This document shows positions 39,195 through 51,139 of a stretch of 64,000 bases of DNA, in pieces (within the stretch, counting starts at the first letter, position 1; each line of letters starts with the position of its first letter). A program made the translations under genes and the position numbers. Source of the stretch: Heptranchias perlo (Eukaryota); NCBI RefSeq assembly GCF_035084215.1, contig NC_090335.1, positions 56,172,001 through 56,236,000 on the forward strand, written 5' to 3'. Below the pieces are notes generated by a model. The model was not told where the DNA came from and searched no databases. It saw only the letters and a program-made list of their open reading frames with translations.

Positions 39195-40475
39195 GCCTTA
39201 GAGAGGGTGCAGAAGAGATTTGCTAGAATGGTCCCAGGGATAAGGGACTTCAGTTATGTAGAGAGACTGGAGAAGCTGGGATTGTTTTCCTTAGAGCAGA
39301 GAAGAGTCATAGAGTCATAGAAGTTTACAACATGGAAACAGGCCCTTTGGCCCAACATGTCCATGTTGCTCAGTTTATACCACTAAGCTAGTCCCAATTG
39401 CCTGCACTTTGCCCATATCCCTCTATACCCATGTAACTGTCCAAATGCTTTTTAAAAGACAAAATTGTACCCGCCTCTCCTACTGCATCTGGCAGCTCGT
39501 TCCAGACACTCGCCACCCTTTGAGTGAAAAAATTGCCCCTCTGGACCCTTTTGTATCTCTCCCCTCTCACCTTAAATCTATGTCCCCTCGTTATAGACTC
39601 CCCTACCTTTGGGAAAAGATTTTGACTATCTACCTTATCTATGCTCCTCATTATTTTATAGACTTCTATAAGATCACCCCTTAACCTCCTACTCTCCAAG
39701 GAAATAAGTCCCAGTCTATCTAACCTCTCCCTATAAGTCAAACCATCAAGTCCCGGTAGCATCCTCGTAAATCTTTTCTGCACTCTTTCTAGTTTAATAA
39801 TATCCTTTCTATAATAGGGTGACCAGAACTGTACACAGTATTCCAAGTGTGGCCTTACTAATGTCTTGTACAACTTCAACAAGACATCCCAACTCCTGTA
39901 TTCAATGTTCTGACCAATGAAACCAAGCTTGCCGAATGCCTTCTTCACCACCCTACCCACCTGTGACTCCACTTTCAAGGAGCTATGAACTTGTACTCCT
40001 AGATCTCTTTGTTCTATAACTCTCCCCAACGCCCCACCATTAACGGAGTAGGTCCTGGTCCGATTCGATCTCCCAAAATGCATCACGTCACATTTATCTA
40101 AATTAAACTCCATCTGCCATTCATCGGCCCACTGGCCCAATTTATCAAGGGTAAGAGGTGATTTGACAGAGTAAATAAGGAGTAACTTTCCAGTGGCAGA
40201 AGGGTCGGTAACCAGAGGACACAGATTTAAGGTGATTGGCAAAAGAACCAGAGGCGGCGACATGAGGAAACATTTTTTTTAAGCAGCAAGTTATGCCTGA
40301 AAGGGTGGTGGAAGCAGATTCAATAATAACTTTCAAAAGGGAATTGGATAAATACTTGGGGAGGCGGGAAATTACAGGACTATAGAGAAGGTCCCACTCC
40401 CCTGCTCTACCAAAGAGCCAGCGCAGACACGATAGGCCAAATTGCCTCTTTCTGTGCTGTATCATACTATGATGC
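39195..40475 (+). mobile_element. CR1 3' fragment interrupted by a minus-strand CR1
   Basis: ggccttagagagggtgcagaagagattt...ttagagcagagaag resumes as gtaagaggtgatttgacagag at about 40151. Closely similar to 11886-12380. Confidence 0.85.
39306..40148 (-). mobile_element. Young 5'-truncated CR1 LINE (open frame over its RT C-terminus)
   Basis: WADEWQMEFN..RDLGVQVH..LVRPHLEYCVQFWSP..RLRGDLIEVYK. Tail (ctatgact)n. Confidence 0.93.
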
Positions 40476-41145
40476 TATCCTTCACCCAACCCTCTACCTG
40501 CTGCCACTTTATCTTTAATGACATGGACCTTAATTTTGTAGCAAGTGTCTAAAGTGGCACTTTATCAAAGACTTCAACAGTCTAAATATACCAGACCCCT
40601 GCATTCCCTTTGTCTATACACTCAGTAATTTCTTTAAATAATTGTTAGTCAAACCAATTTGATTAACCCATGATTTTCTAATTGCTTACTGATGTTATCC
40701 CTTACTTTGAGGTGCAATGCTGTAATTCTTCTATTAAAACCCTCAATTCACCTTTTGCCACTGTTGATCTATTAGATAGCTAACATTCTCATCAGTTGTT
40801 TGTGCATTATAGACTTGGCAAGTGATATTGGGAATATACCTTCTAGAAAATAGCACTAAACTGGTTAAATAAATGAAACTGAATAGAGGCAAAAGAATTT
40901 GACAGCCTATGCTTTGAGTGCTAAACAAGAATTCCTTATTCATCTAATGTTTAATTTTATACTAGGAATTCTTTGAGACATGACATTTTAAAGCCTCACT
41001 GTAATAAAATAACTGGAGACTATTTATATTTTTTGTGATCTTTTCATTTATAAATACTGAAAACAAAGCTTGCAACCTTTTTGTTTGACTTTCAAACACT
41101 TCTGAAAATTCTGTTCTTGTACATAGGGACCCTGCAACTGCCCAA

Positions 41146-41205
41146 ATGGATAGAAGTAGGGGGTCAACTCAACCCACTAGCCAGGATGGACCAGAGGCGT
41201 TCAAG
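41146..41205 (+). CDS. SENP7: SENP7 first coding exon (exon starts 41127)
   Basis: Acceptor ttcttgtacatag|, MDRSRGSTQPTSQDGPEAFK, donor |gtactg. Phase 0, compatible with the next exon. Confidence 0.6.
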
Positions 41206-44200
41206 GTACTGAGTTCAACTTTATTGTTTGATCTACAATTTAGACTTAACTTTTTTGGCTTGTACTACTATGCTTTCCTGGTGAAAACAATGAATGATTA
41301 TGGAATGCATTCTTTCTTTATGCTGTTGAGATGTCAGTTGTTTACCATAAATCGGAGGGTGGACCTGCTGTTCATTTTTAGAGGGCTTTGGAGTTAAATC
41401 TAAGTTGATATTTGTAACTAACTGAATTTGCTTGCATTATTTCTACAGGGTTATTGTAGCAATAACCAATTGGAAAAACAGGTTGTTTTGGTTGTCCCCA
41501 TTTTTGTTTTTCCTACTTCAGAAGCACTGGCTAGCACTAATCTGTTTTGTATATTAAAGTGAGTGAATATGCAGACAGTATTACCCTACTAATATCAGTG
41601 TTTCCAGACTTTGTTTAACCCCTCCCCAACCTTCAGTAATGCTCTGCATTGATATAACATTATGTCTCCCATATGACTTACCTAGTTGGTTGGCTAAGAC
41701 TGATAAAACTTTTCCTTGTACAGGGCTGATGAACGTGAGATTTAAATCTTTCATTGGCTGAGGCCTAAGTTATGATACACCAAAATAATCTACTCATTAT
41801 TATTGCATGCAGTAATTGTGGTTATGTTTGCAAGTCTGTGCGATCAGTGTTGCTTTTGAAGAGTTAGGAAGAACGTGTGAGGTTTTTTTTGTTTTGTAGA
41901 ATATCGCATGTTTGTATGGCGCATTAGGTTTTAAAAATGTACCTTGGCAGTATGTTGGTTTTCAACGTTCAATGCCATATAGTGGGAATTAATGCAGGTT
42001 TGAGTTCTGTTCTGCTAACTTCTCAGCCACATTCAATGGGGAAGTGCTGAGTGGGAGCCGCCGTGTCTCCTAGCAAGGAGGATTGAAAGTTAGTGGGGAT
42101 GGCCTACCCACATGTTCCTAATGCACCATGGCAGCTGACTTCAATGGTACTGGTGCTCTGAGAGCAGGCTGTATATGAAATACTTCATAAGGACAGAAGG
42201 CTTGCAGTGCTGCTGGGTCTGCCGGAAGAGGGGAAGGAAAGAGGAATGTTCGTACAGATCAACAGAATGTGGATAAATAGTAGGAATGGATGGTGTTTTT
42301 TTTTTTACTTGATTACCTTTTGGGACCAAAGAGAATTTATGCAGAACATTCACTCAGGAGGTTATATGGATGGGATAAGGCCCATGATTGGATTAATTGT
42401 ATGTGACTTGTTGGGTTGACTTGTTACTTGCTAGTATCAAATTGTTGAGTGTAGCCTATTATTGCTGGTGATATCCTGTTAATAGTAGAGCTGTTTACAC
42501 TTCAGAAAACTGATTTTTGTGCTAAAGCTCTTTGTATGGTATATAATGTGCATCTGATAAAGTCATTTCATTTTTTATTTATAAAAAGAAATATACAACT
42601 TGCATTTATATAGTGCCTTTAATGTAGAAAAAAGTCCCAAGACGCTTCACAAAGGCGTAAACAGACATAAATGGAGAACATGTTTTGAGCCTTGCCCTTT
42701 TTATGGCATATATGATCCAAATTGCGTATTCATCCTTTGCAAATCGAGTTCTATTTTTATGTGCTATATACTCTAGGGGCATTTATTAGTTGTGGTGTTG
42801 ATGTCTAAATTGCGCCCTTCAGGAGCTGATGCCTTAAATCTATTAAACCTGTCCCAGTGGGATGCATGTAGACAACCATTACTGCTTTGAAGCAGGGAAA
42901 CTATAGTGAAGAAAAATGTAATTTTTCATTAAATACTTCTGTTAAGTGATTCGCATCCCTTAGGATGCATTATCTAATTCTTTTAATCTTCTGGCACACT
43001 AATGCTTTTGTAATTGTAAGAAATAAAGTAGATTAGATCCAATGTACTTGTGATCCAAATTAAACACTCCCATGTTACCATTACCCTACTGAAGTAGCAG
43101 AACTTTCAGAAGCATGGAGCCTATTTGAAATTTAACAAAAGGTTCAACACAAACTTTTATTTGATGGAATGCTATCATGATTACAAGGATGTCTAAGCTA
43201 GATTGTTCAAAGTGCTGAAACCTCTGGTTCTGGTACTGTGAAAGAGCACACCTTCAGCCCTGATAAGTTCCTCATGATTGTGATGTGCTAAGTTTGGTTT
43301 TTCAAACCTTCCTTGGGCCTTCACTGTATTAAAGATCTTGCATAATTGCAAGCTATACCTAGTGGCAGATGATGGACTCTCAGTATATTTCAGAATGTTT
43401 GTCTTAATAGGGAAAGGTCATAGAAGCTCCAAAGGTTTACAACGCTACTACCAGTATAAGTGGAGTTAGAGCACACTATGATAACCCTTGTCTATTGTGA
43501 GTTCCAGCTATTGCTGCCAGGACTACTTGGAGAAGTCAATCTGGAAAGTTCTTAATCCAAGTCTGAATAGCTCTTTTGCTTTCTCAAGCCTTCTGTGGCT
43601 GGTCTCTGAGGCAGCTGACATGTTCCCTTGGTTTAGCAAAGTGTTCCCAGGCATAGGTGATTATGTCACCCCTGAATCGCCTTGTCTTCCCTCTACCACA
43701 GATTTGGTACTTCTGTTCATGAATGTTGCAAGTTGAGATAGTCAGCTTTAATATTAATGCTCTGATATCCTCAAAGGAATAAATGCTCCCTTTCCTCAGA
43801 AGCAGCATGCTGCCTGATGTTTATTCAGGAGACTTGTTTGGGAGACTGAGTATTTTAGGTTTTAAGCAAATTTGGGATTTTTTTTTTGGAGGTAGTGAAT
43901 TTGATTATTCTTATCATACAGAGGTATCGTTCATCCTATGCAAGGTGTGCCCAGGAAGTTGAGCCAATGCTGTCTCCCTCTTAGCAATTTGTCTTAAGCA
44001 ATCTTTTTTAGAAGAACTATATACTATTTTGATTATTATGGAAAAATGCCAAGAACTATATCTTATGCCTCGAGAGAAAAAGCCTAAACATTTCTAAAGG
44101 ACAAGATCAGGGATTTGGAATCCTGACAATTAATAGGTCCCCGAGATACTTGTGTGGAGCTTGTGTAGTTATGGAAAGAGTTGGATTCCCTCATGACTCG

Positions 44201-45189
44201 AGATTGAGTAAGCTATTTTTTTCCCTGTTGTTCAGTATTCTGAATATAGAAAGTAAGGGTGAGACTCGGTTGCTTGCTGTGATGTATTCAGCGTTCTGTA
44301 TTATATTTATATCAATTACGTGGGGATCACTTTCCCACAATTTGAACTTTATTTCATCACTCTTCCATTCTGCCTTTCCTTCTGAACGTATAGTGAGCGT
44401 TAGTCGCCTTAGCTTTGCGGAAATTACTTTGGAAACCACTCGCAAATGAGGAGTGGGATGATATTGGTTTGTTTAAATTGACTTATAACCTTCATTTCCT
44501 TGTGGGACTCCTATTAAGAAATGTCCTTAGATTTGGACATGGGCTGACTTGTATAGCACCAGGCATTATTTCTAACTTGATGTTCCTTGGTCCAGACACA
44601 CTTTTGCAGATAGATAGATATATATATTTTTCTGTAATTGAATAGGGCCATATTCCTCAGGCATGGCTTCCCCCACCTTGTTGCTTCTTTCCTGAAATAT
44701 TGTTTGTGTGATCCTGGAGTATTCATGTGACATTCCGGTCCTGTGCAAACTTTTGGATAATGCTTGATGGTTCTTCGTCTTGGCACTGTGGGATTCAAGT
44801 TGATCTGGGGACTGCTGTTATTTCCCCTTGCTCTCCCCTGCACATATTCCTTCTTTCACCTTTTTTTGAAGCCGGAAGAATCATTTTTTTAATATATGGA
44901 TTGAGTTTTGAGAATTCTGGAAGTGAAATCTTATGTAGAATTCCTCTATATATCCTTATGTATATTCCTCCTTTACTTTGTCAAGTGAGATGGGGTGAAG
45001 GTTAATCTTCTGCTAGTCATCCCTTTTGGTGATATCAGACAGTCTGGCTACATATATGTCCAGTATTTCCTTTTTTCCTCTATCCTTCATCCTTGTCATT
45101 TCTCCTTATCTCTGACGATGTTATCTCTTGCGTTATGTTTTTCTCCTATTGGCCTGTGTTCTATTTTTATCCCACACCAAGCACCTTTC

Positions 45190-45425
45190 TAAGAGTTGTG
45201 ATTATGCGTATGGATACAGTAGTCTACAACCCAGAGGTTATGAGTTCAAATACCACCATAGCAAGTTCAGAAATTGAATTCAATATTTGTGGGCTGGCAT
45301 CTGAAAATAATAACCATGAAAACCCAACCCAACTTTGTGGTTGACTCTAGGGGCAATTGGATGGGCAGTAAATGCTGCCTTGCCAGTGTCTCCCACATCC
45401 CAAGAACAGATTTTTTTTTAAAAAA
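45190..45425 (+). mobile_element. Decayed SINE made of the tRNA-like head and 3' tail of the 51140-54411 LINE
   Basis: ccagaggttatgagttcaaataccacc (head) and tgtggttgactct joined directly to aggggcaattggatgggcagtaaatgctgccttgccag..cccacatccca (tail). Confidence 0.7.
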
Positions 45426-46138
45426 TGATATTGCCTCTCCACAACATCATCTAAAGGTGCTTTAGACATTGTTAACCTGGAACCAGTCGTGAGGAGATGT
45501 GTATCATGTCATAACTTCCCAGTTTCTCTTTCTCCCCATCCCCCCCTCTTTTCTGGAGGCTTAGTTCCTCTCGGTCTTATGATGATGGAACAGTTGTGAT
45601 TGGAATGTATAAATATTACTTTGCTTTTTAGCATTGTGGAATAGTGCAGTGGTATATTTTGGCTCCATTGCTTTTTCTCGCAACAAAATTCCACATCCTT
45701 GCAATTCACTCAAGCCTGAAGGTCCTGTGATGCTAAAATAATTTATTAGACTTTCTACATTGTGATGTACTACAAGCATGCCCCTGAAACTTTATGCACT
45801 TTGTAAAGAGTGATCCAAAGTTTGAAATAAGAGGTGACTCTTACTGGCCTGACTCATGGCTGATATTGTTACATTTATTCATTTCTTGTACTGTGAAGCA
45901 GTGCTTTTATTATGTTTGTAAAATATGTGTGTGTTTCAGCCACATAACAATTAATTTCTTAATATTTTGCAGCACTGTGTAGTTAGTTTGTACTTTGACA
46001 TTCCAAATGAATGTGTGTTTTTTGAATTCCAAATGAATGGACGTTTTATTTTGAAGTTTTTAAAATTATTAGATGAATCTTGGAATTCTAATTTTAAAAG
46101 TTTCACTTCAGCATTGCATCATTTTCTTCTCTTTTTAG

Positions 46139-46258
46139 TCTGGGGGCAAATTTAAAATTCCAAAGAAGAAAAAGATCTCTGAGAAGGACAACGTAGAGAC
46201 CCATTCTCCTCTATCCCGACTTGCTGATTCAAAAATTGAAAATTTAAAAGCATCGCAC
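46139..46258 (+). CDS. SENP7: SENP7 coding exon 2
   Basis: Acceptor ctttttag|, SGGKFKIPKKKKISEKDNVETHSPLSRLADSKIENLKASH, donor |gtgagt. NVETHSPLSR resembles human DVHVQSPLSK. Phase 0-0. Confidence 0.75.
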
Positions 46259-46314
46259 GTGAGTTGAAGTGGAATTACATATGCAATCAAATTCTTTTCC
46301 TACCTTCTAATTTT

Positions 46315-47990
46315 ACGAACATACGAATTAAGAGCAGGAGTAGGCCATTCGGCCCTTAAGCCTGATCTGCCATTTGCTAAGATCATGGCTGATCTGATTG
46401 TGACCTCAACCCTACTCTCCCGTCTACCTACTATAACCTTGGACTCTTGTTAATCAGGAATCTATCTAACTCAGCCTTAAAAATATTCAATGACCCTGCC
46501 TCCACCGCTTTCTGGGGAAGGGAGTTCCACAGACTCATGACCCTCTGAGAGAAAAAATTTCTCCTCATCTCTGTCTTAAATGGGAGACCTCGTATTTTTA
46601 AACTGTGTCCCCTAGTTCTCGTCTCTCCCCTAGTTCTAGTCTCTCCCACAAGGGGAAACACCCTCTCAGCATCTACCCCTTCTAGTCCCTTCATGATCTT
46701 ATATGTTTCAATAAGATCACCTCATTCTTCTAAACTCCAATGTATACAAGCCCAACTTGTCCAACCTTTCCTCATAAGATAACCCCCTCATCCCAGGAAT
46801 CAGTCGCGTGAACCTTCTCTGAACCGCCTCTAAAGCAATTATGTCCTTTCTTAAATAAGGAGACCAAAACTGCACACAGTATTCTCGATGTGGTCTCACC
46901 AATGCCCTGTACAACTGTAGCAAAACATCTCTACTTTTATATTCCATTCCCCTTGCAGTAAATGACCACATTCCATTTGCCTTCCTAATCACTTGCTGTA
47001 CCTGCATACTAACTTTTTGTGATTCATGTACTAGGACACCCAGATCACTCTGTACCTCAGAGTTCTGCAATCTCTCTCCACTTAAATAATGTACTGCTTT
47101 TCTAGTCCTCCTGCCAAAGTGGACAAGTTCATATTTTCCCACATTATACTCCATCTGCCAAATTTTTGCCCACTCACTTAACCCATCTATATCCCTTTGC
47201 AGACTCCTTATGTCCTCCTTCACAACTTACTTTCCTACCTACTTTTGTGTCATCAGCAAATTTAGCAACCATACATTCAGTCCCTTCATCCAAGTCATTG
47301 ATATAGATTGTAAATAGTTGAGGCCCAAGCACTGATCCCTGTGGCACTCCACTTGTTACATCTTGCCAAACTGAAAGTAACCCGTTTATGCCTACTCTCT
47401 GTTTCCTGTTAGCTAAACAATCCTTTATCCATGCTAATATGTTACCCCCTACACCATGAGCTCTCACTTGTGTAGTAGCCTTTGATGTGGCACCTTGTCA
47501 AAAGCCTTTTGGAAATCCAAGTACACCACATTCACAAGATCCCCATTATCCATGTTGCTTGTTACTTCCTCAAAGCACTCTAATAAATTAGTCAAACACG
47601 ATTTCCCTTTCATAAAGCTGTGTTGACTCTGCCTGATTGCATCGAGATTTTCTAAGTGCTCTGCTATAACCTCCTTAATAATAGATTCTAGCATTTTCCC
47701 TATGACATGTTAAACTAACTGGCCTGTAGTTCCCTGCTTTCTGTCTCCCTCCTTTTTTGAATAGAGGAGTTACAGTCACTATTTTCCAATCTGATGGGAC
47801 CCTTCCAGAGTCTAGGGAATTTTGGAAAATTAATACCAATGCATCTACTATCTCTGTAGCCACTTCTTTTAAGACCCTAGGATGAAGTCCATCAGGACCT
47901 GGGGACTTGTCAGCTTTTAGTTCTAATAATTTTTCAGAACCCTTTCCCTGGTGAATGTAAATGTTTTAAGTTCCTCCCTCCTTTTCATCT
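46315..47990 (-). mobile_element. CR1 LINE, 5'-truncated, frameshifted
   Basis: NYRPVSLT, DFQKAFDKVPH, GVPQGSVLGP, KFADDTK. Internal 18-bp tandem duplication (GETRTR x2). Confidence 0.93.
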
Positions 47991-48379
47991 CTTGATTCAA
48001 TTTTCTCCACTCCTTACCTGGAAAGGAGTTAATTAATGCACTGGAAGCCCCCTGGTACCTTGTCCAAGTGGCTCCTCTTCATGTGTGAGCCTAGAGAGTG
48101 AATGTTAACCAGTGGTATGGCTGTTGGGCTGCCCAATCTTGTTCTTGCCAGAGCATAAGGTAGATTCTCTTAAGGCTCTCTTTTGTCTCCTCTTGTAATA
48201 ATCTTTACCTCGCGAATGTAGAAGGGTGCCTTTACAAATACTAAGTATATCTAGGTTAGAGTGCAAGAGATTATAGAAATCAGAATGTATGGCTATACTA
48301 GCCCAGTTACAGGCAAAGGTAAGTGTATCACTTAAAGGTGTAAATTTACTTAATATCATGAAAGGTGAGATTATGCAGC

Positions 48380-48810
48380 TAGTCAGGATGCTTACCTAAA
48401 GTAAGGTGCCCAAAACGGAACAAACTACAGCCTAACCAGTGATTTGTATAGGTTTGGCATTACTCATTTGCTTTGGTAATCTCTATCCCTATTTATGGCA
48501 AAAAAAACAGTAAACAACCAATACTCCACTCAATAATAAGATTGAGTGATATCTATTTATGAAACCTAGGACCCCTAATTTTTTAATAAATGGTTTTATC
48601 AACCTGTCCTCCCACTTTTAAAGATTTCTGTGTCTGATCGCTCTCTCTCACATCTACTCCTATTAATGTTTTACCATTTAGTGCATTGGTCCTCTCTTTA
48701 TTCTTTGTCCTAAAGTATATCACCTTACATTTCTCCGCATTACATTTCATCTGACATCGATCTGCCAAATCTAATAACTGGTTTATGTCCTGAAGTTACT
48801 TATAGTCCTC
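48380..48810 (-). mobile_element. Decayed CR1 fragment
   Basis: ADRCQMKCNAEKCKVIYF..KSLKVGGQVDK. Confidence 0.65.
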
Positions 48811-49479
48811 TTCAAAGTTGACATCTGTGTTTTAGGCCGAGATCATGCAGATTATATAAATCAGTAGCTGACACGTTCCAGTGGGGACATTGTTGGCTTC
48901 AGAAAATTAGAATTTAGGCTGGTTTATGGAATATAGGTTTTTGAAAGTGAAATATCAAATATGGTGTTCTGTAGGCGCAGTCTGTGGAAGTAATACCTGA
49001 GTAAGTTAAATAATTCTCCTAACAACCATAATATGATGTATAGTTTCATATTCTCCTCTGCTCCTAGCAATCAGCAAGATCTTGTTGTTTGTTAGAAGTC
49101 TGTTATAATTTCTGACTATATCCTGTTTCACTACTTAATTTTAAAAATAAAACCACAGAATACAAGTCCAGCTCTGCTACGAGAGCATAGAGCAATGGAT
49201 CTCCATTCTGCAAGTAAAACTTGGAAGATTCACCTCAATGTTCAGATTTAATTTTGCAATTACATTTTTTTGAACTACTTCAAATATTTGTTTTTGAGAT
49301 TGATTATTCTTATGCAAATGAAATATATTAAGGCATTCATCGTTTTCTTGGAAAAGATTTTACTCACTTGAACTTTGAGTTGGTGCTATAGATCACACTG
49401 TTCTCTACTCTGTCGATAACCTGGGTGACTACAGTGAAGATGTGAATGGCATCAACATTCTCTGCTCACTGTTCACATA

Positions 49480-50275
49480 TTATGAGCATTTTGGTAGGAA
49501 GAATAAGGAGGCCACACATTGCTTGGATAATAGTTTAAATGGGGTATAGGAGCAAAGGGATCTCAGGGAACAGATACACAAATCACTAAAAGTATTGACA
49601 CAGGTTACTAAGGCCATAAAAAAGGCAAACTTAAACACTGGGCTTCATTTCTAGAAGGATAGAATTGAAAAGCAGAGAAGTTATGTTAAACTTATATAGA
49701 ACCTTGGTTAAACCACACTTGTAGTAAGTACTGTGCACAGTTCTAGTCTCCATATTATAAAAAGGATATCGAGGCATTGGAGAAGGTGCAAAAAAGATTC
49801 ACAAGGATGATACCAGACCTGAGAGTATATACTTATCAGGAAAAGACTAAACAGGCTGGGGCTCTTTTCCCTAGAAAAGAGAAGGCTGAGGGGTGACCCG
49901 ATAGAGGCCTTTAAGATAATGAAAGGGTTTGGTAGGGTAGACGAAAATGTTTCCACTTGTGGGGGAGTCCAAAACTGGAAGGTCATCAATATAAGATAGT
50001 CACTAATAAATCAAATAGGGAATTCAGGAGAAACTTCTTTGCCCAAGAATGGTAAGAATGTGAAATGCGCTACTACAAGGAGTAGTTGAGGCAAGTAGCA
50101 TAGATGCATTTAAGGGGAAGCTAGATAAGCACGCAAAGGAGAAAGGAATAGAAGGGTATACTGACAGGGATAGATGAAGTAAGGAGGGAGGAGGCTTGTA
50201 TGAAGCTTGTATGAACGCTGGCATAGACCAATTGGGCTGAATGCCCTGTTTCTGTGCTGTAGACTCAATGTATCT
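49480..50275 (+). mobile_element. CR1 3' fragment
   Basis: gagaaggtgcaaaaaagattcacaagg..agaaggctgaggggtgacc and 3' end gggctgaatgccctgtttctgtgctgta. Confidence 0.85.
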
Positions 50276-50497
50276 CATAATGTCATAGGAAGGAAGTCTC
50301 ATGATGATGCAAAGAGAAGAGTCTGTAGAAAATGGTTACTTTCAGGCTGCCTCAAACCAGCAGTTTTAAAGTGTAAAGTCTGGCGATGGGACTAACTAGA
50401 GACATTAGTTATGGTACAATTATCTCCCTGTAACATTTAGGAATATATTTCCACTGTTAAAATTTAAGATTTGAAGAAATTTTTGATCTGTTTACAG

Positions 50498-50619
50498 AAA
50501 CGTTGGCCATTCTCCTATAATACTTTCAATAAAACAAGAAATCAAGACTCGATTGTTTATAATCAAAGGAGGAACTACCCTTCAAAGCATAGCTTTCCAG
50601 GAGTTGGAGTACAACTGAA
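50498..50619 (+). CDS. SENP7: SENP7 coding exon 3
   Basis: Acceptor ctgtttacag|, KRWPFSYNTFNKTRNQDSIVYNQRRNYPSKHSFPGVGVQL, donor aa|gtaaga. Phase 0-2 links the flanking exons in frame. Confidence 0.65.
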
Positions 50620-51139
50620 GTAAGAATATGATCATTTTACAAATCTGTTTGTTCAGGTATCTGTATATATTTCACCATTTTGTAGTAGTATATTCGTTCA
50701 TTATTTAAAAAATTGAACTGGCAGTGTTGAAGTGTGGTGGGTTGTTCAGTCAATCTGCTTAAAACACCAGGAGAAGGTAATTTTGATCAAAAAATGGTTA
50801 CAGGATATTACTTATGTTATGTCTCAAGCCGCTTAATGCCAAATGTGTGTTAAGTTAATCAACCTCAACTATAGTGAATCTGAAAGTGACAAATGCCTCT
50901 AACCTAGATCAGGAGTGAATGCCAGTATTAACCTTTCTACGCTTGTGTTGGTAAACGATTGTCCTTGACCACTGAGTTAATCCCTTAATTTCTTGTTGCC
51001 TGTTCTATAATACTCCCATAACTGTTTATCATTTTATTTTATTTCCTTGCAATACATTAGTTTATTTCATTTGCTTTGGTTGTCTTTTTAGCTTTCATGC
51101 CATTTCTATCCTTCATTTGTTTTTATAAGCTCTAATAGC

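Noticed and set aside
39388-40263. 291-aa ORF as a host gene
   Set aside because: It is a CR1 RT C-terminus fused by chance to the antisense strand of another CR1.
43584-43808. Minus-strand ORF containing EDIRALILKL, resembling the SENP7 C-terminus (EDIRELILKL)
   Set aside because: Wrong strand and position, and the flanks show no SENP similarity. Probably chance, or a decayed LINE endonuclease start (LTISTCNI).
44150-44449. Overlapping ORFs on both strands with some CpG retention
   Set aside because: No recognisable motif and no splice sites compatible with SENP7.
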